A DNA stretch of 46,782 nt from an uncultured Bifidobacteriaceae bacterium (GTDB taxonomy: Bacteria; Verrucomicrobiota; Verrucomicrobiia; Limisphaerales; SIBH01), in contig CAYQWK010000004.1 of NCBI GenBank assembly GCA_964420805.1, forward strand, positions 1 to 46,782. The letters run 5' to 3'. A model generated the notes under the pieces. It made no database searches. It was not told the origin of the DNA and saw nothing but the letters and a program-made list of their open reading frames with translations. Positions 24,531 through 32,591 of the stretch are shown piece after piece. Position numbers and translations under genes: made by a program. Each line of letters opens with the position of its first letter. Position 1 is the stretch's first letter.

Positions 24531-25754
24531 TCACGCGCCAAATTTGTCGAACATCTTCGCGTTGGCCTGCATCAGGCGGATGAGAAATTTTGCATCGAAG
24601 ACGCCGAGGGAGCCCGTATTCGCGCCGGTCTCGGTGAAGCGATCAAGCTTGTCTGAACCACTGCATGCAGAGTGCAGAAGCACCGGTTGCGGATGCCACG
24701 AGTGGCTTTTCATCGGGCACGGCGTCGAGTGGTCGCCGGTCACCACGAGTACGTCGGGTTTCTTCTTGAGCAGCACGGGCAACGCGGCGTCGAGATCCTC
24801 GATCGCCTTCTTCTTGGCCGCGAAGTTTCCGTCTTCGCCGGCTTTGTCCGTGTACTTGTAGTGGATGAAGAAGTAGTCGTAGTTGTCGTACTCGGCGACG
24901 TAACGCTCGAACTGTTCGCGAATGGTTTGAGGTCCTTCGATCTTGGCCATACCGACGAGTTGGGCGAGGCCCTTGTACATCGGATAGACCGCCAGCGCGG
25001 CAGGGCGCATCTGGTAGCGTTCCTCGAAAAGCGGGATTTCCGGTTGATGCGCGATGCCGCGCATGAGGAAGCCGTTGGCGGGTTGTTTGCCTTTCAAAAG
25101 AGGAAGAGCGGCTTTGTAAAAGTCTGCGACGAGCTTCGCAGCCTTCTTCTGCCGGGCGGACTTTGCGTCGGTGGGTTTCACCGTGGCAATGGGCAACCCC
25201 TCGCGGTTCGGGTCGCTGTCCGAGAGAGGGCCTTCGAGACCCTTACCACGGAAGATGACGACGAAGCGATGCTCCTTGCCGGCCTTTATGATGACCTGGG
25301 TGTCGCCAATCTTTTTGATTTTGCTGGAGAGCAGAGCGCAAAGCTCCTCGCATTTCTCGGTGGGAATCCGGCCGGCGCGACGGTCTGTGACGAGGCCCTT
25401 GTCATTGAGCGTGCAAAAATTCGCCCGTGCCGCGACGTCTCCGCCCTTGAGTTCCAGCCCGAGTCCCAATGCCTCGATCACGCCACGGCCGACCTCGAAC
25501 TCCAGCGGATCATAGCCGAACAAACCGAGGTGCCCCGGGCCGCTGCCCGGCGTGATGCCTGGCGCGACTGGAATCATGCGGCCTTGTGCCGAGTCCTTGG
25601 TGATGGCGTCAAGGTTGGGTGTCGTGGCCGCTTCGAGCGGTGTGACGTAGTTGTTTTGTGCCACGGCGATGTCGCCGAGACCGTCCATGACCAAGAGCAC
25701 AAGTTTGGCCCCGGTCTTGATGGTGTGTTTCGCGTAAACGCTGTCGAGGTTCAT
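24531..25754 (-). CDS. apgM: Cofactor-independent phosphoglycerate mutase, archaeal/ApgM type
   Basis: 407 aa. It reads KLVLLVMDGLGD, TPLEAATTPNLD, PGSGPGHLGLFGYDP, DRRAGRIPTEK and VVTGDHSTP. Confidence 0.85.
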   Translation of the reverse strand: MNLDSVYAKHTIKTGAKLVLLVMDGLGDIAVAQNNYVTPLEAATTPNLDAITKDSAQGRMIPVAPGITPGSGPGHLGLFGYDPLEFEVGRGVIEALGLGLELKGGDVAARANFCTLNDKGLVTDRRAGRIPTEKCEELCALLSSKIKKIGDTQVIIKAGKEHRFVVIFRGKGLEGPLSDSDPNREGLPIATVKPTDAKSARQKKAAKLVADFYKAALPLLKGKQPANGFLMRGIAHQPEIPLFEERYQMRPAALAVYPMYKGLAQLVGMAKIEGPQTIREQFERYVAEYDNYDYFFIHYKYTDKAGEDGNFAAKKKAIEDLDAALPVLLKKKPDVLVVTGDHSTPCPMKSHSWHPQPVLLHSACSGSDKLDRFTETGANTGSLGVFDAKFLIRLMQANAKMFDKFGA

Positions 25755-25900
25755 AAGTCCATTTCAAAGCTGCGGTTCAATTGTCGTCCGTGGGTGCGAA
25801 CGACGGCGGATACTGCGAAGAAGGGGGCGGGGCGTCAACGGCGGAGGAATCGGGCGGGCGGTTCGTGCCGCCAATTTCCGGGAGCAGGGGGCGGCCACCG

Positions 25901-25936
25901 CAAAACAGAAAGGCCCGGGGAGAAAACCCCGGGCCT
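25901..25936 (-). terminator. Rho-independent terminator of the pilin-like gene
   Basis: A perfect 10-bp GC stem (aggcccgggg 25911..25920 pairing with ccccgggcct 25927..25936) encloses a 6-nt loop. On the minus strand it is followed by TTTCTGTTTTG. It lies about 25 nt after the pilin stop. Confidence 0.8.
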
Positions 25937-25959
25937 TGAGCGATTTCAACAATCGAGTT

Positions 25960-26304
25960 TTACAGCGTGTGTCCGGAGATGCTGCACGCGGCCTTGGTGT
26001 TCACGGCATTCAGGGTGTAGGTGCCGTTGGCAGGGCAGGCGGGTTTTTCGCGGATATACAGCGTGGGTCCGAAGAGATCGCCGTCCACGGGCAAGTCGGT
26101 GGAGGTCTTCTTCTGCTCGATCGCCCAAGTGGCTTTCGCGCCTTCCAACTGACGCAGGTTGTTGATGCAGGCGTTCTTCTGGCTGTTCTCACGCGCCTTG
26201 ATGAAGTTCGGAATCGCGATAGCGGCCAAGAGACCGATGATGGCGACGACGATCATGATTTCAACGAGTGTGAAACCCGACTTGCGGCTGTTCTTGATTT
26301 GCAT
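25960..26304 (-). CDS. Prepilin-type (type IV pilin / pseudopilin-like) protein, candidate major pilin
   Basis: It reads MQIKNSRKSG|FTLVEIMIVVAIIGLLAAIAIPNF, a class III signal peptide with G-1, F+1 and E+5. This is followed by SQKNACINNLRQLEGAKATWA. An alternative ATG lies at 26328. The gene is flanked by a strong terminator and a sigma-54-type promoter. Confidence 0.88.
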   Translation of the reverse strand: MQIKNSRKSGFTLVEIMIVVAIIGLLAAIAIPNFIKARENSQKNACINNLRQLEGAKATWAIEQKKTSTDLPVDGDLFGPTLYIREKPACPANGTYTLNAVNTKAACSISGHTL

Positions 26305-26344
26305 AGTTATAGCTGACCTTTCTGACATGCGGGGCGAACATCAC

Positions 26345-26396
26345 AGCTCAGGCGGGTTTATTTTTATTACTTCAGTGTTCGCGTATTGCCTGAGCT
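26345..26396 (-). promoter_or_regulatory. Hairpin in the predicted 5' leader of the pilin-like gene (9-bp stem, AT-rich 34-nt loop)
   Basis: agctcaggc (26345..26353) pairs with gcctgagct (26388..26396). The loop contains tttatttttattac, the most AT-rich stretch I noticed in the window. Confidence 0.5.
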
Positions 26397-26413
26397 ACCC
26401 GCGCAAGAACCGT

Positions 26414-26430
26414 AGCAGTGGCGGTGCCAG
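26414..26430 (-). promoter_or_regulatory. Candidate sigma-54 (-24/-12) promoter
   Basis: The minus strand reads C-TGGCAC-CGCCA-CTGCT. The consensus is TGGCACG-N4-TTGCW, and here GG and GC have the obligatory 10-nt spacing. The site lies about 110 nt upstream of the pilin ATG, in an intergenic region and in the correct orientation. Confidence 0.55.
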
Positions 26431-26497
26431 ATAAAATTGCTGCTTCGGCCTCCATTTTCCGGCGGATTGTCGCACGCTCACCATCTGCTTTGACTGC

Positions 26498-27073
26498 ATG
26501 GTTGTCCTACAATCACCAGACATGCATGAAACTTGGACAGGCTCGGGAAGTCGTTTGCCAGGTTGCCCGCGTTGGGCCATACCAACTGCCGTGACTTGTG
26601 CTGAAAAACTCGTTCCTTTCGAACAACTCGCCGGATGGCGTTCCTGCATTCGGACTGCCGGGCGCAAACTGGTGGTCACCAATGGTTGTTTCGACATCCT
26701 ACATGCGGGACATGTCACCTACCTTCAGGCTGCGCGTGCCCTCGGCGACCTCTTGCTGGTTGGTGTCAATGGCGACGAAGGTGTCCGCGCGCTCAAAGGC
26801 CCGGGCCGTCCCTTGAACGTCGAGGGCGACCGGGCTTTCATTCTGTCCGCCCTTGCCTGTGTCGATGCCGTGGCAGTCTTCCCGGAGATGCGCGCCACAA
26901 ACTTCCTCGCTCGCGCGCAACCGGACATCTACGTGAAGGGCGGTGATTACACCGTGGATTCCCTTGATCAGGACGAACGCCGCGTGGTCGAGTCCGCCGG
27001 GGGACGCATCGTCATCATTCCTTTCGTGCCCGGCAAATCGACCACCGGATTGATCGGGCGAATGAAGGGTTGA
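26498..27073 (+). CDS. Cytidylyltransferase-like protein, RfaE domain II type (D-glycero-beta-D-manno-heptose-1-phosphate adenylyltransferase-like)
   Basis: It reads KLVVTNGCFDILHAGHVTYLQAARALGDLLLVGVNGD, with the (T/H)xGH motif, plus IYVKGGDY and GKSTTGLI. The true start is uncertain, since canonical enzymes are about 30 aa shorter. Confidence 0.75.
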   Translation: MVVLQSPDMHETWTGSGSRLPGCPRWAIPTAVTCAEKLVPFEQLAGWRSCIRTAGRKLVVTNGCFDILHAGHVTYLQAARALGDLLLVGVNGDEGVRALKGPGRPLNVEGDRAFILSALACVDAVAVFPEMRATNFLARAQPDIYVKGGDYTVDSLDQDERRVVESAGGRIVIIPFVPGKSTTGLIGRMKG

Positions 27074-27140
27074 TGCCTTGCCGGAAGGACCGGTCCGGAG
27101 ATGAATTGCCCGGTAACTTACGCCGTCTGCCTCCCGTCTG

Positions 27141-27884
27141 ATGCGCGCGATGGAAACAAAGCGAATCAAAATGCAGAACAGCGGGTTCACCCTGATTGAA
27201 CTCCTGGTGGTCATTGCCATCATCGCCATTCTTGCCAGCCTCCTGCTCCCGGCGCTGGCCCGTGCCAAGGAAGCAGGCAAACGCATCCAGTGCCTCAACA
27301 ACATGAAGCAACTTGGCCTCTCGTTGATGATGTACACCGATGAGAATGAGCAACGTCTTCCACCCCGCGCGCATCCCCACCGCTGGCCCAGCCGCTTGCA
27401 GGACGGCTACCGCAGTCTGAAGATTCTCCTCTGCCCGAGCGACAAACCCAATCCCGCCAGCGGCACCGACACAACCGGACTCTATCCCGCTGACAGCGCG
27501 CCGCGGAGCTACATCTACAATTCCTGGAACGACTGGTATGCTTCCAAATTCCCGGGCAATCCGAACTGGCGGAACATCGTCAAGACGAACGAACTCGCCA
27601 TCTCCGAGAACGAATTCATTTACCCCTCCGACACCATTGTCTTCGGCGAGAAGGAAAGCACCTGCATGCACTGGTATCTTGATTACGAGTACGGCGAGGA
27701 TATCGGCACCATTGCCGAGCAAAGCCGTCACTCCGGCATCGCGAAGAACTCAGGCGGATCGAACTACACCTTCGCGGACGGTTCCGCCCGCTTTGAGAAA
27801 TGGGGCCGTGCTCTCGATCCCGTGAACATGTGGCTCGTGCTTCCTGAGTGGCGCAACCTCGGTACCGCCGGAAATCCGCAGTAG
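27141..27884 (+). CDS. Prepilin-type N-terminal domain protein, DUF1559/H-X9-DG-like
   Basis: It reads MQNSG|[45 protein letters not shown] and has the C-terminal motif [14 protein letters not shown]. The start is ATG 27141 or ATG 27171. Confidence 0.85.
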   Translation: MRAMETKRIKMQNSGFTLIELLVVIAIIAILASLLLPALARAKEAGKRIQCLNNMKQLGLSLMMYTDENEQRLPPRAHPHRWPSRLQDGYRSLKILLCPSDKPNPASGTDTTGLYPADSAPRSYIYNSWNDWYASKFPGNPNWRNIVKTNELAISENEFIYPSDTIVFGEKESTCMHWYLDYEYGEDIGTIAEQSRHSGIAKNSGGSNYTFADGSARFEKWGRALDPVNMWLVLPEWRNLGTAGNPQ

Positions 27885-27899
27885 CCCGCCCGTCCGCCC

Positions 27900-28514
27900 G
27901 TGTCCATCGCGCCGTTCTTCGACAACGTCCCGAATCCCTCGCGCTTCTGTGCCGCCATCTCCCGCTTCGATGAGCTGAATTCAGCCGACCCGCGCCCGGA
28001 AATGGTCGCCGGCCGCTCTGGGCCCAAGGAACTCATCGACTCCGGGCGCGTTTGCGCTTGGGTTATGCGCCTGGCCCCGAATGCCTCGGAGGCGCTTCGC
28101 CTCGCCGCGCGTTCCCAACACTTGTGCCGCTGGCAAATTCCCCGTGAGAGCTTCCCGCAAACCCGCTCCGGCTACCACCAATGGAAGAACGAACTCAAAC
28201 GCTTCCACGCGGCCAAATCCGCCGAGGTTCTCCGGGAAATCGGTTATCCGGAGGAGACGATTTCTCGTGTCTCCGACCTGAACCTGAAGAGGCACTTTCC
28301 TGCCGACCCTGAGGCACGCGTACTCGAAGATGCGCTCTGCCTCGTCTTCCTGGAATTTCATTTCGATCCGCTCGCCGCGAAGCTCGACGACGAGAAGACC
28401 ATCAACGCCCTTCGCAAATCCTGGGAGAAGATGTCCGATGCCGGCCGCTTGGCCGCGCTGGGCCTGAATTTCTCCGACCGTGGACGCGCCTTGGTCGCCC
28501 GCGCCCTCGGCTGA
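27900..28514 (+). CDS. DUF4202-like protein
   Basis: GTG start at 27900. The conserved-looking N-terminus (CAAISRFDELNSADPR) lies upstream of the first ATG. The protein also reads LAARSQHLCRWQIPRESFPQTRSGYHQWKNELKRFHA. Confidence 0.65.
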   Translation: MSIAPFFDNVPNPSRFCAAISRFDELNSADPRPEMVAGRSGPKELIDSGRVCAWVMRLAPNASEALRLAARSQHLCRWQIPRESFPQTRSGYHQWKNELKRFHAAKSAEVLREIGYPEETISRVSDLNLKRHFPADPEARVLEDALCLVFLEFHFDPLAAKLDDEKTINALRKSWEKMSDAGRLAALGLNFSDRGRALVARALG

Positions 28515-28557
28515 ACCCCGCGTTGACTTTCCGCTCCGCCGCCGAATACTCACTCCC

Positions 28558-29097
28558 ATGAAACTCCTGAGCTTGGTCACTCTGTTGTTCACTGCCGCCG
28601 CGCTTCATGCCGCCGGCCTCCATGACATTCCGTTGAAGGACATTGACGGCAAGGAAACCTCCCTGAAAACCTATCAGGGCAAGGTACTTCTCATCGTCAA
28701 TGTTGCTTCCAAATGCGGCAACACGCCGCAATACGCAGGCCTCGAAGAGCTATACAAGAAGTACAAGGACAAAGGCCTCGTAGTGCTTGGCTTTCCATGC
28801 AACCAGTTCGGCGGGCAGGAACCCGGCTCGAACGCCGACATCAAGGAGTTTTGCTCCAGCAAATACGCCGTCACCTTCCCCATGTTCGACAAGCTCGACG
28901 TGAAGGGCAAAAACCAGCACCCGCTTTACGCCGCCTTGTCCGGTCCCGATGCGTCCTTCCCCGGCGACGTGAAATGGAACTTCGGCAAATTCCTGGTCGG
29001 ACGCGACGGCAAGGTCATCAAGCGCATCGAACCGCGCGAGAAGCCAGAGTCCAAGGAAGTGATCGCTGCGATCGAAGCCGCCCTTTCCACGAAGTAA
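28558..29097 (+). CDS. Glutathione peroxidase (Cys type), secreted/periplasmic
   Basis: ATG 28558 gives a signal peptide (MKLLSLVTLLFTAAALHAA). The protein reads LIVNVASKCGNTPQY, LGFPCNQFGGQEPG and WNFGKFLV. The catalytic residue is encoded by TGC (28714..28716), not TGA. Confidence 0.92.
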   Translation: MKLLSLVTLLFTAAALHAAGLHDIPLKDIDGKETSLKTYQGKVLLIVNVASKCGNTPQYAGLEELYKKYKDKGLVVLGFPCNQFGGQEPGSNADIKEFCSSKYAVTFPMFDKLDVKGKNQHPLYAALSGPDASFPGDVKWNFGKFLVGRDGKVIKRIEPREKPESKEVIAAIEAALSTK

Positions 29098-29103
29098 TCC
29101 GCC

Positions 29104-29616
29104 ATGAAGAAGTATTTGGTCGCCCTGTTGCTCGCTGCCGCCGCGGTCCTGGCCGCAGATTCGCCAGCCACCTTCAAGGTCTCTGAACTCACCTTCAAGC
29201 GCCCGGCCAAATGGGAATCTGTCCCGCCCGCTTCCGCCATGCGCAAGGCCCAGCTCCGCGTTCCCGGCGACGCTGGCGCCGCCGCTGACATTGTTTTCTT
29301 CCACTTCGGTCCCGGTGATGGCGGCGGAACGCAGGCCAACATCGACCGCTGGTTCATGCAGTTCAAAGACGCCAGGGACAAGAAAGTGAGCGACACCAAA
29401 ATCGGCGGGCAGAAAATCATCTACGTCAGCACACAGGGAACATACAGCGGCGGCATGCCCGGCCAGATGACCATGGACCTCAAGGATCACGCCTTGCTTG
29501 GTGCGATTATCGAGCAACCCCAAGGCAACGTTTTTGTGAAACTGACCGGCCCCGCCGCCCTCGTCAAAGCCTCCGACGCCGACTTCCGCAAGATGGTGGA
29601 AGGCGCGCTCAAATAG
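29104..29616 (+). CDS. Secreted hypothetical protein
   Basis: 170-aa ORF with a signal peptide (MKKYLVALLLAAAAVLAADS). It starts 6 nt after the peroxidase stop. I recognised no family. Confidence 0.6.
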   Translation: MKKYLVALLLAAAAVLAADSPATFKVSELTFKRPAKWESVPPASAMRKAQLRVPGDAGAAADIVFFHFGPGDGGGTQANIDRWFMQFKDARDKKVSDTKIGGQKIIYVSTQGTYSGGMPGQMTMDLKDHALLGAIIEQPQGNVFVKLTGPAALVKASDADFRKMVEGALK

Positions 29617-29674
29617 CCCGGCGCAAAAAAACACCTGACGCCGCAGAGACGCCGTGGAAGCGTCCACGCAGCCT

Positions 29675-30391
29675 ATGAAAACCGCTTCGTTTCGCTGCGT
29701 CATCGCTGCTTGCGCGTTGGCCCTTCTCTTTGCCGGATGCTCCGGCGGGTCCGCCGCCGCGCGCCGGCTGGGTGCCGGACGGTTTGTTCCGCTCTTCCCT
29801 CAGGATGGCATTCCGGCCGGCTGGCGCGTTGGGCAGTGGAATGACGTTTCCAAACCCGCCGCCGACTCCGTCTGGCGTGTCACCAATGGCATTCTGCACG
29901 GCGGACTTCCGCGCGGGTCATGGCTGATGAGTGATAAGGAATACGGCGACTTTGTTCTCGAGTACGAATTCAAGCTTGGCCCCACCGGTAACAGCGGCTG
30001 CGCCCTTCGCGCCCCGCTGCTTGGCGATCCCGCCTTTGACGGAATGGAACTCCAGATGGCCGACTACCGCTACAACACGCAGGCCAGGGACTCCGAACTT
30101 ACGGGCGGCATTTATCGCGCCCTCGCGCCCCGCTGCCAGGTTTACAAGCCGGAGCAATGGAACAGCTACCGCATCGAACTGCGCGGCATGCGTCTCAAAG
30201 TCATCCTCAATGGCGAACTCATTCACGACACCGACCTTGCCGGCCAGACTGAAACCGTAAAACGCCACGACAACTCTTCGGCCGTCGCCCTGAAAGACCG
30301 GCCGCGTCGCGGTCACATCGGCTTCCAGGAACTCAGCCGCGGCAACAGTCACGTCATGATCCGCCACGCGCGCATCATGGAACTGCGTTGA
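29675..30391 (+). CDS. DUF1080 (3-keto-disaccharide hydrolase-like, concanavalin fold) secreted protein
   Basis: ATG 29675 opens a signal peptide/lipobox-like start (MKTASFRCVIAACALALLFAGCS). The protein reads WRVTNGILHG, DFVLEYEFKLGPTGNSGCALR, NGELIHD and GHIGFQ. Confidence 0.8.
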   Translation: MKTASFRCVIAACALALLFAGCSGGSAAARRLGAGRFVPLFPQDGIPAGWRVGQWNDVSKPAADSVWRVTNGILHGGLPRGSWLMSDKEYGDFVLEYEFKLGPTGNSGCALRAPLLGDPAFDGMELQMADYRYNTQARDSELTGGIYRALAPRCQVYKPEQWNSYRIELRGMRLKVILNGELIHDTDLAGQTETVKRHDNSSAVALKDRPRRGHIGFQELSRGNSHVMIRHARIMELR

Positions 30392-30486
30392 CCGGGCAGA
30401 ATGCTTGAGCTTGCGCCCGTCTGTGCCCACGATGCCGTCGCGGGCATGACTTATTCGTGTCCACACCCTTGCAACGGAAAAGACTG

Positions 30487-31755
30487 ATGGCCACTGGCAC
30501 CGAGAAAAACATTCTCATCATCGGCGGCGGAGTGATCGGACTCTCGACCGCGTTTTACTGCGCGCGACGCGGACATCGCATCACGCTCATCGACCGCAAC
30601 CCCGCGCATCGGGATGGCTGTTCTTATGGCAACGCCGGCATGGTCGTGCCCAGCCACTTTGTCCCGCTCGCCGCCCCCGGCGCGGTCGGCACCGCGCTCA
30701 AGTGGATGTTCAATCCCGAGTCGCCGCTTTATATCAAGCCGCGCCTGGACGGGGACCTGATCTCGTGGGGTTGGAAGTTCATGCGCGCCGCGAACGCGGG
30801 GCACGTCGGGCGCAGCGCCCCCTTGATCCGCGATCTGAGTTTCGCCAGCCGGGAATGCTTCGAGGAATTGTCCGCGCTGCCGGGGAATGATTTCGGACTG
30901 GTGAAACGCGGCCTCGTCATGCTCTGCAAAACCCAGCGGGCGCTCGATCACGAGGCGGCCTTCGCGCGACAGTCGAACGCGCTCGGCGTGCCTGCCGAGG
31001 TTCTAGATGGCCGCGCGCTTGCGAAACTTGATCCTGGCGTGACGATGGATGTGGCCGGTGGCGTGTATTTTCCCAAGGACTGCCACCTGTCGCCCGCTCG
31101 CTTCATGGAGGGATTACAGCGGCAATGTGAGCAACTTGGCGTGAAGTTCGTCTGGAATACCGAAACCACCGCCTTCACGCATCAATCCTCGCGCATTACT
31201 GAAGTCTCAACCACAGCCGCCAGGTTCACCGCCGATGAAATCGTTCTCGCCTGCGGCTCCTGGTCGCCAGGCGTGGCGCGTGACCTCGGACTCCGGCTTC
31301 CGATGCAGGCCGGCAAGGGCTACAGCCTCACCCTCCCGAAACCCCGCGAACTGCCGCAGCTCTGCTCGATCTTCACCGAAGCCCGCGTGGCGGTGACCCC
31401 CATGGGCGATACTCTGCGGATTGGCGGTACGATGGAGATCGCAGGGCTCGACGAGAGCATCAACCCCGTGCGCGTGCAGGGCATCATCAAGGCCGTGCCG
31501 AAATATTTCCCGAAGTTCGCGCCCGAAGACTTTTCCGGCATTCAACCCTGGCGCGGATTGCGGCCATGTTCGCCCGACGGCATGCCTTACCTCGGCCGCA
31601 CGGCGCAATTCTCGAACCTCACCGTTGCGACTGGCCACGCGATGATGGGACTGAGCCTCGGCCCGATCAGCGGCCGGTTGGTGAGCGAGGTTGTCTCCGG
31701 CGAGAAACCCTCGTTCCCGCTTGGGTTGCTCGATCCGGATCGTTATTCCCGTTGA
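30487..31755 (+). CDS. FAD-dependent oxidoreductase (DAO family, D-amino-acid-dehydrogenase-like)
   Basis: ATG 30487. The Rossmann motif is ILIIGGGVIGLSTAFYCARRGHRITLIDRN. The protein also reads LACGSWS, GKGYSL and ATGHAMMGLSLGP. Confidence 0.85.
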   Translation: MATGTEKNILIIGGGVIGLSTAFYCARRGHRITLIDRNPAHRDGCSYGNAGMVVPSHFVPLAAPGAVGTALKWMFNPESPLYIKPRLDGDLISWGWKFMRAANAGHVGRSAPLIRDLSFASRECFEELSALPGNDFGLVKRGLVMLCKTQRALDHEAAFARQSNALGVPAEVLDGRALAKLDPGVTMDVAGGVYFPKDCHLSPARFMEGLQRQCEQLGVKFVWNTETTAFTHQSSRITEVSTTAARFTADEIVLACGSWSPGVARDLGLRLPMQAGKGYSLTLPKPRELPQLCSIFTEARVAVTPMGDTLRIGGTMEIAGLDESINPVRVQGIIKAVPKYFPKFAPEDFSGIQPWRGLRPCSPDGMPYLGRTAQFSNLTVATGHAMMGLSLGPISGRLVSEVVSGEKPSFPLGLLDPDRYSR

Positions 31756-31816
31756 ACGTATCAGTGACTGGATTTCGGCTCGCTGCCTGAATTCTACCTT
31801 CCTTACCGTCGCGCCC

Positions 31817-32554
31817 ATGTCTCCGGATGACAACCCATCCGCCCGCCCGCCCGGGGCACCGATGTTTCCCGCCACGGTCTGGACGGCCGTGCTGGAGGCG
31901 CGCGAGGCGGACACGCCGAACGCGTTGCGCGCCCTGGAAGGGCTTGCCCACGCCTACTGGCGTCCGCTCTACGTCTTCCTGCGCCAGCGCGGCCGGACAC
32001 ATGACGCGGCTGAGGAGGAGGTGCAAGGGTTCTTCGCGCACTTGTTGAGCCAGGATTTCCTCCGGTTCGTCACCCCCCGTGAAGGCCGCTTCCGGACATT
32101 CTTGCTCGCATCGTTCACCCGCTGGTTGAACGACCAGTCCGACCGCGCCCGTGCCTTGAAGCGCGGCGGCGGCCGGGCGTTCATCTCAATCGAGGAGTTC
32201 GACAGCGTGCGCGAGATTCCCCAGCCGCAGAATGATACCCCGGAGCAGGCTTTCGACCGTCGCTGGGCGAAGGAGGTGTTTGACCACGCCATGCGGAATA
32301 TTGCCGCCGCCTGGCACGAGCGCGCGCCGTTGCTGGCCGTCCTTCGCCCCATGTTGTCCGGTGAAAAACTGGCCGAGGACTACTCCACCATTGCCGCGCG
32401 GTTCGGCATGAGCGAGGGCGCGGTGAAGAAGGCCGCCTTCGATTTGCGTGCCTTGTTCGTGCGGAAAATTCGCGAAGAAATCCGCATGACCGTGCGCGAC
32501 GAGTCCGGGGTGGACGAGGAACTGCGCTACCTGATCCAGTTGCTTCGCCAGTAA
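31817..32554 (+). CDS. ECF-type RNA polymerase sigma factor (kinase-associated type)
   Basis: The sigma-2-like region reads YWRPLYVFLRQRGRTHDAAEEEVQGFFAHLL. The sigma-4 HTH reads YSTIAARFGMSEGAVKKAAFDLRALFVRKIREEI. The exact start is uncertain (ATG 31817 or 31862). Confidence 0.8.
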   Translation: MSPDDNPSARPPGAPMFPATVWTAVLEAREADTPNALRALEGLAHAYWRPLYVFLRQRGRTHDAAEEEVQGFFAHLLSQDFLRFVTPREGRFRTFLLASFTRWLNDQSDRARALKRGGGRAFISIEEFDSVREIPQPQNDTPEQAFDRRWAKEVFDHAMRNIAAAWHERAPLLAVLRPMLSGEKLAEDYSTIAARFGMSEGAVKKAAFDLRALFVRKIREEIRMTVRDESGVDEELRYLIQLLRQ

Positions 32555-32591
32555 CTTCCCGCCGCCTTTCCCGTTTATCCCGACCGGAACC

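Noticed and set aside
25810-25838. Possible sigma-70 promoter for apgM on the minus strand (TTGACG, 17 nt, CAGTAT).
   Set aside because: The -10 hexamer matches only 3 of 6 positions. It is plausible but not strong enough to report as a feature without transcript data.
28714-28716. Possible selenocysteine (UGA) recoding in the glutathione peroxidase.
   Set aside because: The catalytic position is an ordinary TGC Cys codon. There is no in-frame TGA and no need for a SECIS element.
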